Source: Lepidodermella squamata (Eukaryota > Animalia > Gastrotricha). From it: a DNA stretch of 64,000 bases. A model generated the notes under the pieces. That model ran no database searches, was not told the DNA's origin, and worked only from the letters and a program-made list of their open reading frames with translations. Where the stretch lies: the NCBI GenBank assembly GCA_047495785.1, contig JBLDXI010000017.1:3472001-3536000 (forward strand). The letters are read 5' to 3'. Position numbers and translations under genes: made by a program. Shown piece by piece: positions 13,235 to 24,177 of this stretch (the stretch's first letter is position 1; the number at the start of each line of letters is the position of its first letter).

Positions 13235-14331
13235 ATGATCTATGTAGCATTCTTGTTGTTACTTATCGCATTACTCATCGCAAACATTATATTTGTCAAC
13301 ATGAAACTACCTGTTCTATTTATTTCTCATGGCGGTCCACCCATTCTTCGCGGTCATTCTTCGCGGTCGCGGATGCATTCTTCGCGGTCATATAATTTTT
13401 GGCAGCAATTCGGAGCTCAAATCAAGGAAGAGTTCATTTCTCCGGGAATTGCCAAATCCATTGTTATCGTTTCTGCTCACTGGGAGACGTTCCCTGCCGT
13501 AAAAGGTTGTAACTTGTGTCGCTATTCCTGCTAATGAAGAATTGTTATTGCTAGTTAATTCGGCCTCCAAACCGGCTTTGATCTACGGTACCTAGCAATT
13601 TCTTTTTTCGCATTTGAACCCCTTTTCCACACTAGATTTCTATGGCTTTCCGAAGGATTTATACAGCGAGACCTATGAATGTGATGGAAGTGCTGCATTG
13701 GCCAATCGTGTAAAATCTTTGCTCACAAGCGCTTCCATTGATTGTGAACTGGACGAATCGCATGTATTTACTGATTTGGTGGACTGCTTTTAAATTGTTT
13801 AGTGGCATACTTTTCAGGGACTTGATCACGGGACATGGATTCCGCTAAAAATCATGTACGTCTATTGGTTACTTGATTATTGAAGAGCGGTCAGATATAA
13901 TTCTATCCGTTAGGTTGCCTGACGCCCCCATACCTGTGGTACAATTGTCATTACATCAGTCATTGGATCCAAGGTTTCACATAAAAATGGGTCGAGCACT
14001 TTCTCCATTGCGCGATGAAGGCGTTCTCATCATTGGAAGTGGAGGTTCTGTGCACAATTTGGGAGACCTTTTCGGATCCAAAACTGCTCCATGGGCCTTG
14101 GAATTTGAGGAATTATTAACAAATGCACTAACATCCTCTGTGGGTGTTAAGCGTGAAGACCTCTTACTTGATCTTATCAAAGCAAACGTGACGCGAAAAG
14201 CTCATCCTCGACTGGAACATTTGATGCCAGTATATTTTGCCGCTGGATCTTCGGGGGATGACACTGCCGTTAAATTATTTGACGAATTCGACCCACCGAA
14301 TCTTTCAATGAGTTCTTTCAGAATGGGCTAG
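13235..14331 (+). CDS. LigB-family extradiol ring-cleavage dioxygenase (4,5-DOPA dioxygenase/YgiD-like); start at 13235 or 13301
   Basis: Five exons joined by four ~50-nt GT-AG introns. Motifs PVLFISHGG, SAHWET, YDFYGFP, GLDHGTWIPL, IPVVQLSL, LRDEGVLIIGSGGSVHNL and AHPRLEHLMP. Confidence 0.93.
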
Positions 14332-14523
14332 AGGCACACAATGACTTCAAATTTCTGGAATTACTCTCCATTGATTGAGGTGGTATTAAGTATTTGCCAA
14401 AAGTATTTGGTGGCTTGGTGCAACTTGCAACGGTAATTTGTTAGGTTACCACTTACACAATATTTTATTTAAGAGGACATGACATTTCTTTTTCTATCGG
14501 TTGTTTCTTTGTATCCTAGAAAA

Positions 14524-15069
14524 ATGCTTAGCTTATACATATTTGATAAGAAAGGCACTTGTCTTTACAACAGTCAGTGGCATGCCTCAAGGAAATCACT
14601 CCGCGAAGAAGACATAAAATTGATGAACGGTCTCACGTTCGAAATGAGAGGATTCCTCACCCGATTGTCGCCAACGGACATGTATGTAGTTACTTTCATA
14701 TTTCCAGTCCTCTCATTCTTATTTCATGACAGGAGCAAAGATGCGCCAGTTATGTTTACAACCTCGAAATATAGTCTCCATTTCTTCGAGGCACCTACGT
14801 TTTACAAATTTATTCTATTAACGACTCCGACATCTGTGGGTCTGGGTGACTTGCTCCATCGATTCTATACTCAGGTTTTTCACGAGTGCTTAACACATTC
14901 TTTCATGAAGCCTTGCTGATTTTAGATATTCGTCGAGCATGTTGTGAAGAATCCTCTTTACGAGCCGGACAAACCTATTGACAAAAACGAGCTGTTTGCG
15001 GCTTCTACTGATCGTTTTTTCAAAGAGGCGGCTCCTTCCATCTCTCCAATAACATCATCGCAAAAATGA
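14524..15069 (+). CDS. TRAPPC1: Trafficking protein particle complex subunit 1 (Bet5, sybindin-like)
   Basis: Three exons. Motifs LYIFDKKGTCLY, KLMNGL..RLSP, TSKYSLHFFEAPT.YKFILLT and IFVEHVVKNPL. Confidence 0.92.
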
Positions 15070-15182
15070 TCATTCACTCAATCTTGATTAGCCTAGTCAT
15101 TGCGTATTTATAAATCAAGTGTGCTTATTTTCTATCTAGAGATTATTAACTATTTATTACACTGGTAAGATTCCGTGTAACG

Positions 15183-16144
15183 ATGCTTGAGGAATTGACG
15201 GATGTTTTGTGGGGTGGAATCACCTACGACGAGGTGGTTCAAGGTGGTCCAATCTGCGTCGCTTCCTCTCCGATAGCCCAGCGTGTGGCGGAAAGCATTT
15301 TTGGCGTCTCGTTGTCCGTTTTCATCATCAACAAGGTGAAGCACCGTATTTGGGCTGACATCAAGTCTGGCGGATGCAAATACCCTGGCTCGAGCTCGGA
15401 GAGCGGCCGGACAGCAAACGGGGGCATCGACAGCCTCTTCAATAATCACACTATTGCGCGAATGCTCCTCCTCGTCTTCACTCTTGTCTTTGGAATCGAA
15501 GTCGGTTTTAAACTCGCTTCGCGCAGTCTCATTTGGCTGATGTTCCCATGCCACGTCGCTACAATGGCTCTTATCGTAAATTTTTGCCTTGTAACTTCGG
15601 CTCGTTTTTATGATAGCTCTTGATTTTCTCCAGATTTCTATTGTCTTACCGCAATCTTCACCCTTGGCTTCGACAATTTTCAGGGTGGCTACCTATTGGC
15701 TGAACGGAGCTACCGTCGCTCTCATTTATCACGTCACGGCTACACGGCAACTTAATGGCGAGGTATAATTTGGGTGAAATATGCCTCACTGTTGCATCAC
15801 GTTGTCTCTTACAGGTATACGCCTATTTTGCCCAACATCTATTGATGTTGCTTGTGCCCTTTGGCTTGCTGGCTACTTCATACTTCCGACCTGACCCGCC
15901 ATTCGAATTCACCTGGCCAGCGTTTGCTGCTGCCATTATGACTATTTACAATTTTGGCGTTTTGGTGCCAGTGTCTCTCGCCACCGATTTAAACTTCGGC
16001 TACATGCTTTGCGCAGCGCCTGGAGACCCGATGCCTCCATCCATCTACCGGCTTTGCCATCTCGTGTTGCAAACCATAATTGGCGTACTAACTGGCAAGG
16101 TTTTGATCCTTCTGTCTCAGACCCGCTTGTACAAAATCGATTGA
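15183..16144 (+). CDS. TMEM164: TMEM164 family multipass membrane protein
   Basis: Three exons. Motifs GGPIC, FGIEVGFKLASRSLIWLMFPCH, WLNGA, YFAQH and NFGYMLCAAPGDP. Confidence 0.88.
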
Positions 16145-18035
16145 CAGCGACTGAAAAGTCTTTTTCATTAGTAAAATCCGGGTCTTGTCGAAGCAGATTA
16201 TGGCTATGAGTGATTTATACACTAAAATATTATGTAAATTGTATATGGAACCCTCATAATGTTATTACCACTTACAAAAAAAGAAGTGTCGTGATGCTTT
16301 CTGTAGGTTGCCGGTGTACGTTTGAATGAGGAAGTTGGTGGGCAGATCAAAAACGTTACAATTCTAAATTCCTACGATTGCTTAGTCGGATTGTGCCATT
16401 TGCCATTAATATTATTGTATATATACTGTCTATATGAACTCTAATCGTTTTGATTGTGAATTGTGATGGTATGAGTCTGTTATTACAATAGTTACAACAA
16501 TAATATATTTCGCGCCATGGGTTCACAACTCGAAACCTTGTTCACTTGTTCTAAAAGCTAGTCTCTCTCGCCTGATGCCCAAATCTTGGCCGGCGAAACA
16601 TTATTATTCTATTTATTTCACCTGGAAAGATCACCTAATTAATCAAGATCGCCATCGCGACCAAGATACCTAACTCCCTAATCGTTTGTTTTTCGTTCGG
16701 CTTGAGAGGGTGCCTTTCTGTCAAGTGTGGTTTGCACTCGGTTATAAACATCCCTTTTCATGCTTGCGCGCTTTCGTGGAGCAGCGAGACGCGGTCTCGT
16801 CGGATATCGGCTGTGGAAAATCATCCGTTGTTAATTTACGGATCTCTCGTCTATCATCTCTGTCTATCAACAGTATGGGCATAATAATAGTAGATGTCCC
16901 TTTCAAAAGCCTTCATCTTATGAGTAGTATAGAATTTCTTACCAATTAAGCTCATTCAAGTTTTTAGCTGAGATTCGTTCAATTTATTTAGTTAGGCGTT
17001 TGACTGGTCAAAGCGATGGCAATTAGCTCGTATTCTGTGATATGGCTTACCTGCGGTTTCTGTATCGAACTAAGTTTTTACCCGAAGCTTATTTTTGAAT
17101 TCAAAATTTTAGCTCTAGGATAAAAATAGCTAAACAATTATGCTGATTTTCTTATTTCTTTTCGATTTGCAAGTGATCCTTTCGATTGGCTCTTCAACTT
17201 CAGTATTTGCGTTGTATGTATGTCTTCACAACCACCAATTTAGAGTTGCATTCAAGAGTTCAAGATCTGATTTTTGTATGGTTATACCGCCCGGATTTAC
17301 CATCATAGCCGGCGTGTAGAATTCGATTAAGAAACTCACTGCAAAGTGTACATTTATGCTTCTAGTGGTCAATCAACCGGTTATAAACGTCGAATTATAC
17401 AGAATGCATGATTACCATGGGTTTCCAATATTTCTCCATCTTGGCTATTTTTTCGATGTCGTAATCAACATTAACACTTTGCGTTAGCGCTTTTACGACA
17501 ATCAGCTATGCGTATGTCTCATAATTCTTAAGTATTTCACTACTCAATTGATTGATTTTCGAAGCTATCTTCGCGTAACTTTATTGCTTAACCACTCATT
17601 GTCCCATTGCAGAAACTTTATAATGGCAGGCATGACGGCTAGTCAACTTCACTAAAACTCGAAATTGTACATGTGGATGGCTGATTTTACGTTTCATAAC
17701 TTCTCATTGAAACACAAACAAAGAGCTCGAGTTGTCGTCGCCAGCCTTGTTAATCTCCACAGTCCAACATTTTACTGTTCTTCTTACACCTGTTCGCGAC
17801 TCGAAAACGCACTGGACACCCAGATTTCATCGAAGCCCGCCTTTGGTCGATGTAGTTACGTATTAATTGTTTATGTTGCGAACAAACATTTAAAACTCCT
17901 ACTACGTATTGAAGATTGTACCGTGCACATTTGTGTCGTTTAGTTTTTAACCGTAGTCGTTGCAATAAATAAAAGCCCATTTTGAAATGTTATCTTTTGT
18001 TCATTTAGTTTTCGTAAAAAAAAGTTGGATAAGTT

Positions 18036-18792
18036 ATGACACAATCGGATAATAACCCACCCTCCGGCGGTGTCCTGGTCGACGCTTTGCCCTACTACGA
18101 CAAGGGTTATGAAGAACCTGGCGTTCGTCAAGCTGTAAGTGTGATTTAGGTTATGCTTTTCTCCCCCTTAATAAATTGTCGCATTCAAGGCTATGGCAAT
18201 GATTGAAGAAGAGATAAAGCGGTACCGTCCTACTAAAAACTACCTGGAACACCTTGCCGCGCCAAACATGCATCAATTCGAAACCGACATTATGAAGTCA
18301 GAAATGGAGCGAATCGCTTCTCGTTTGCCCATGGAAATGTTATCCATGCGTCGCTACGAATTGCCCCCGCCTCCAGCTGGAAAATTAACAGAAGTATCCG
18401 CTTGGCAGGAAGCTGTCGACAACAGCTGTGCTCAGCTTGAACATCAAGCTCTTCGTATCGCTAATCTCGAACTTCTTGACAGTTACGGCGGTCACATGTG
18501 GAGAGCTTCGTTGGCTGTCATGGCGAAAATGAACGCTCTAGTGCAGGCTGAATTAGCCGAAACCAGGCGACAGCTACAGGAACTGAATTGGCAGCGTAAG
18601 AACGAGCAGATAGAGGCTGGTGAGGCGCTACGACGCCTAGAAGAATCTTGGGTTACCCTGGTCGGTAAAAACTTCGAAATTGAGCGCGCGTGTTGTCAGC
18701 TCGAAGCTCAAATCGCTGGATTAAAAGGCCAGCAGACGAATGGTCATTCAAACGGTTGCTCAGCCCAACACGAAACCGGTGAAGATTCATGA
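18036..18792 (+). CDS. BCAS2: Pre-mRNA splicing factor SPF27/BCAS2
   Basis: [21 protein letters not shown], intron 18135-18189, then [19 protein letters not shown]...[15 protein letters not shown]. Confidence 0.96.
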
Positions 18793-18892
18793 TTAGTCTG
18801 TCTACTGTTTTTCTTCACCTGGATCTTTTTTCTAATAAACGAAAGTTGACTAATCAATTGTTTTCTCGACTTATTAGATCTTATTGAATAAA

Positions 18893-19823
18893 ATGGCTGC
18901 ACCTCCGGCTCCGTCTTCCGAATTTTCACCAATGCTCACCACCATTGCCTGTGTAATTATTGGACTGGGTAATTTTTCCTCGAGATTAAAAATTTTCTAA
19001 CGCTTTCTTTATTTGAAAGTTGTGCTGTATTTTCTGTGGAATCGTTTGGTTTCTTCCGGGAAGCAACTGGTGGTGCTTTTATGTGGTCCTCCTAGCAGCG
19101 GCAAAACAAAACTTTACTCTGAATTGGTCTACGGCCGATCGATTCCTTCCGTGACAAGCCAAATGCCAAACTCGACAAAGTGTGACTTGCGCAAAGTTTG
19201 CAGCAAGCAAGATGATTCGAGTAGCGTCGAAGCTCTGGTGGTAGACATTCCGGGCGCGCGCCAACTTTTGGCTCGCTTTTTACCTGAATACGTTCCTAAT
19301 GCTACAGCTGTTGTCTTTCCCATGAAAACTTTCTCACCAACAACTCAGTCATATCTTTCTGCGACCGCTGAGTAAGTGATTTAGTAATATTGCCCTAAAA
19401 AATCAGCTGAATTTCACGCGTTTTTCAGTGCTCTGTTACAGCTAGTCGAAGCCTCGCTTCTAGGTCCGAAGCGAAAAAACAGCAACATTCGCCTTTTATT
19501 CGTCATCCAGCCTGAGGATGCTGACAAGTCAGAAAGTGGAGTGATCCAAGGCGCCCAAACCCAGCTACAGGAAGAGATGTAAATTATTTATTTATTTTTT
19601 TGGTCTTCATCATCCTGTTGTGCTTTTTAGCGATCGTCTCACTCGGACCGGAATTTCCGAGGCCATCCCCTTGGGAGGCGCGAACGCGAAGGCCCCTAAC
19701 GCCGGTGTCTCATTGGGAAGCCTGGCGAAGAAAGTTGACTGGATTATTGCAAGGGGCGAGGGTTCGAATGACATGGCTAATGCAACCGATGTCGCTGACT
19801 GGTTGTTGAACCTCAAAAAATAA
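18893..19823 (+). CDS. SRPRB: Signal recognition particle receptor beta subunit (divergent)
   Basis: N-terminal TM helix, P-loop GPPSSGKT, SVTSQ, VDIPG, QLQEEIDRLTRT and a C-terminal DVADWL. Three short introns. Confidence 0.75.
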
Positions 19824-20062
19824 AGTTATTGTGTAGCCGGTTGTCTTTAAAATTAATGGTTCTCTATAAATAACTGGTTGACGCGTTAAGCTATGGCCGT
19901 TGTGATGGTGATCTGAAAGTTGTTAAAAGTCAACAAAATAAAATGCATGCTTTATTTCAATGCGTTATTCTTATTCACGAGTAACCCATAAAAACAGTTC
20001 AGAGTGAAACAAACTGGAGGCGAAACAAACATCAAAGTAGGTTTCATTTTATAGCGTAGATC

Positions 20063-22162
20063 TCATAATTGCGAAGTCAGAGGTATCGAACCACTTCGTG
20101 ATTTAGGAATCTCGAGACGAAATTCCGCCAACAATGGGATGTGATCTGACGGTGCCGTCTCCACTGGAAGAGAAGGCGATGGTGACGGTATAGATCCGTT
20201 ATTGATAACTTCAGACGTAGGTACTTTCAGTCGACGCAACAAGTGGAGGCGCCCCTCGAACGTGGACGCTTGCGAATAACTGTTGTCATTAGGCGAACGA
20301 ATTACAGAGTAAAACATATGATCAACAGTGTGGCGAGATCCTCGTGTTAAGCTCGTCCAATCACATCTGACTTTAGTGTCATATTCATAGACGGGCCGCA
20401 GCAGAAATGGGTGGCTGACCGTGCCCGAGTAATACTGACGAGTTTGAGTTATATCCGATGACTTGACTTGTCGAGTCACATCTTTATCAAAGTTAGCGAT
20501 GATCGGTCCACCAGAAAGAGAATTGACACAGCTGTTCATCGAATTTTTAACGGTGCATGAGTCGGCGAACTCGCTATTGTCAGCCAAGCCGAAAGAATCT
20601 GGCAGAAGAGTACGAGACATCACTGGACCAGCTCCAGTAACTGCAAGTGAAGATGACGACGTCTGACCCGACAGTAGCGCTCGAGGAATTCCCTCAAAAT
20701 GTAAAAATCCTGTCAAGATGAACCATATGTGTGACAAGTCAGTCGAAAGATAAAAATGACTAAAAACCTTCAGTGATGAAGCTATATAATGGCGAATATG
20801 GCTCTAAATTCAAATCGCCGCAAAACAAGATCGGATAATAAACCAGCAGTCGATAAGGAGCTGACGATGCGTCGACGCCAAATAAGGCCATCCGATCGAT
20901 TTCGGCCAAGAGATACTGTAAGCAACCAACACGATTTTTTAACACGCTTCAGTAATTTCGGCAATCATACCTGCAACTGAGCCAGCTTGATGTCACCACG
21001 TCGTTGATTGAATAACAAATGCGTATTCGCAACGACAAATCTAGCGGGTGTCTATCATTTTACGTTCCAAGTAATTAAATTGAATAAAATAAAATAGAGA
21101 GGCTTACTTCGGAGGAGCGATTCTTTCGAGGAAGAGATTCATCGCTTTTAACTTCAAGCAAAGCCACGATAGCCACGTTATCACGGTCCAACAAATCAAC
21201 ATTTGGTGCGAAGAATTCTATCTCTCGAACGTTCAAAACGTTAAATTTGCTTGTATTGACGAAAATTGCACAGCCATCAGGTTTAGAACCAGTGCGCTTC
21301 TTATAAAGACCTCTGTAGCTTTTACTTTCGAATAGTGGCTGTAACCTTTCGAAAAATAATCGAGCTTCGACTTCTTGAAGGCAAATCACCTTGAAATGAG
21401 ACCAGTTTAGGCAAATTTAGAATTAAACCATTTCAAGCTTACATCGGGCATTATAGATTCAATTTCATCAATAACTCGACGCATGCGTATCTTTTCATCC
21501 AAATCAGTCGGCTGGCAAGTCCGATACAAATAGGAGTTTTCGCGCAACAATTGCTGAGAGAGAATGTTGTATGACATGATTGAGAAGTCAACGGTGTCGG
21601 CACAAGGCGAGGGTGCTTGTTTTAAGTTAATTTCTTCCCATTCACGCCCGGCAAGAGACAATCCACGGGTCACCCGACGTTGTTCAGGTACAATTTCGAC
21701 GTCACTTTCGTCAGAAGATAGGCAAATAGGCTCTGTCGCGCTTGAAGCCGCGCGATTTGCTTTTACGTGACAGCTTTGCTGTACTTCACTATAAAAATGG
21801 GTTATAGGTGATTTTCTAAATGGTGTCTTTTAAGAACCTTCCAGTAAGGGACCCAGCGAAAGCTGAGGCAGAAAATGAACGCTTTTGGAAGTCAACACCA
21901 TATGATAACGAGTAAGCTTGGGCGTAATGTAGCCCGGGAGGCAGCCTGGACATCGGGCGGACTGTGCTATGGAACGATGGGGGAACTGGAAAGCTCTGGG
22001 CAGGAAAGGACGGAGGAGCAGAATTATTGCCACTTCTCGATGAATACTTCGATCGTTTGGCACCAGGTGACGGTTGCTTAAGGTAACATTTCAAGGTCAT
22101 CATGAAAATTGCGAACATTATTTGTAAATTACCTCCAAAGGGATTCTCGTGTTCGAATTCAT
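20063..22162 (-). CDS. ANGEL2: Angel (CCR4/EEP family 2',3'-cyclic phosphatase-like)
   Basis: Motifs FSIMSYNILSQ, ICLQEV, KKRTG.KPDGCAIF, LDRDNVA, VANTHLLFN.RRGDIKLAQL, CGDLN..PYSPLY, VDHMFYS and PSDHIPL. The 5' exon structure is approximate. Confidence 0.88.
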
Positions 22163-24177
22163 TTTGAAAACGTATAAGGAATGTTTCAGTCGCTGTCTAG
22201 CATTAGTCAGCATATGTTAAACTTGCAAGTCAACAGAAAATAATTCTGTGCACTTGATTAGCGATACCTAGCAATTTATAATAAATGAGAGTCATATGAA
22301 ATAGTAAGTAAGACGCAATATTACACGAAAAATTACAATTTTACAACATCAAATAATGCGTAAACCCCAACAATCGAAAGCAAAACTAGGAGCCGCTGCA
22401 CTAAGAAAAGTTTATAAGTGAGCGGATGCATATGAGGGCAGTGACAAGTGAGTAACATGGGATATAAATTATGATTGACGAGTTATGACGTAATTATTAC
22501 CGCATTCTAATTTTCGCCGGTAAGCACAATAGTCATGGACCTTCGACCCATTTCAGCAGTCACTTCAGTAGCGAACGGCTAAGGGCCAAAAGCGCTCAAA
22601 TTACAGCATGAATTCTAACTTATTTTTGCACCAAGTGACCCTAACATGCATACATGCTTATCTCTGAATAACATATGAGCAAAAAAACGGATAATTTTCT
22701 TTCATGCGCTGTTGGCGATCAAAATCTTTAAAAAATCAAGTAAGGATGTTGATTTTTGCAAATACACAGCGAAGAATGACATCAATCACCTCTTGGGCGA
22801 TAAAATCGGACAGAATGCCGCAAAAATGCTGGCATACCGCATGAAGGATCACGTGAATGAACTTTGAGCCTGGTGCATACTTTACTATCATAAAATGACA
22901 AAATGAGGCAGTATTATTTATTATTTATGACCCGCCAAAACTGGCAAAAAGCTTTCACGCATTTTTACACAGACAGTATTTAAATTAATAAAAAAGAAAC
23001 ATTGCGATATTAATTTTGATTTCCCAAATTGCACGTGCTTTTCAAAAAATGCGCGCGCATTGGCGCGCTCCTGTTTTCCCGTCGGACGGCGGACCTACCG
23101 GCGGCGGCCGCGCTATGCGCTAGACTGATCGCAATAATGACCCATGGCAGTCTTACCTAGGATGGCTGATGATTACCCTTACCCGATGTTTTTCATTACA
23201 GGGTTCAAGGTTCAGGTTCGTGAGGATGGAGAATCAACGGGCCATTCGCCTTCCGCGTATAGACTTGGGGATGGGGAACAATAACGGCCAATGATGCTGG
23301 TTTCCGTTGTTGTGTTGTTCAAATTCTGATTGCGGTTACGTAGAGATAGATTCTTACCTCAGACATACAATCAGCTTTAGAGAAAGAAAAAGGTAGAACC
23401 TATGTAATAGAAAAACTAGTTCCTGTTGCAGAGAACCGCCTAAGACGACGTAGAATTCAGTAATACATGGTATTTCCAGTATAATACAGATTAGACATAA
23501 ACATTTATGCAGGACAGACAAAGAACGTAAATTAAGTTCAACTTTGTTGCGATTTTTCCTTTAAAAAACAGAAAAAACTATAAAAAACTAGAGTACTACG
23601 TATATAAGCGTCTACGTTTACAGTATTCAGTATGCTAGTCAACTCCCTCCGGTGTGGGGGTAGCCAAAGCGCCACGCCCATAACAAACTTTCAGTTGGTG
23701 CAATCTTTCCCCATTCTCCGAGAGACCCAATAGCGGTTTGAAAACAGCGCGCACGAAAATGTTGAACAGTTTTTGGATGTCTTTGAAAAAACACTCCTCG
23801 CGGATGTTGTTCATTGTTACCAGTTACTTGTTTCGTGCTTTTTTTGTTCTTTCTCTTTTTAAGCTCATAAAGTATGGGTATTTTATGCTCATACAATAAT
23901 TTTAGCGGTTCTGTTTTGATTAATTGATGTTTTAAATTGGCGCATAGTCATTGTTAAAAGATTGGCAATTGATTGCCATACTTCGGTAATCAGTAAGTAT
24001 GTCAAGTAGAGAAGTGCAATAAGTAATCGAATACATTTATTAACAGTCAGCCTTGCGCCTTGCCTAATTCCCATCATTAAATCTAATGACTGAGAGCTTC
24101 ACTGTTCTGTGCGCGTTGAGCGTAAACTAAGTATATCGTATTATATTTCTCATTTACAACTGTAGATACCTTATATC

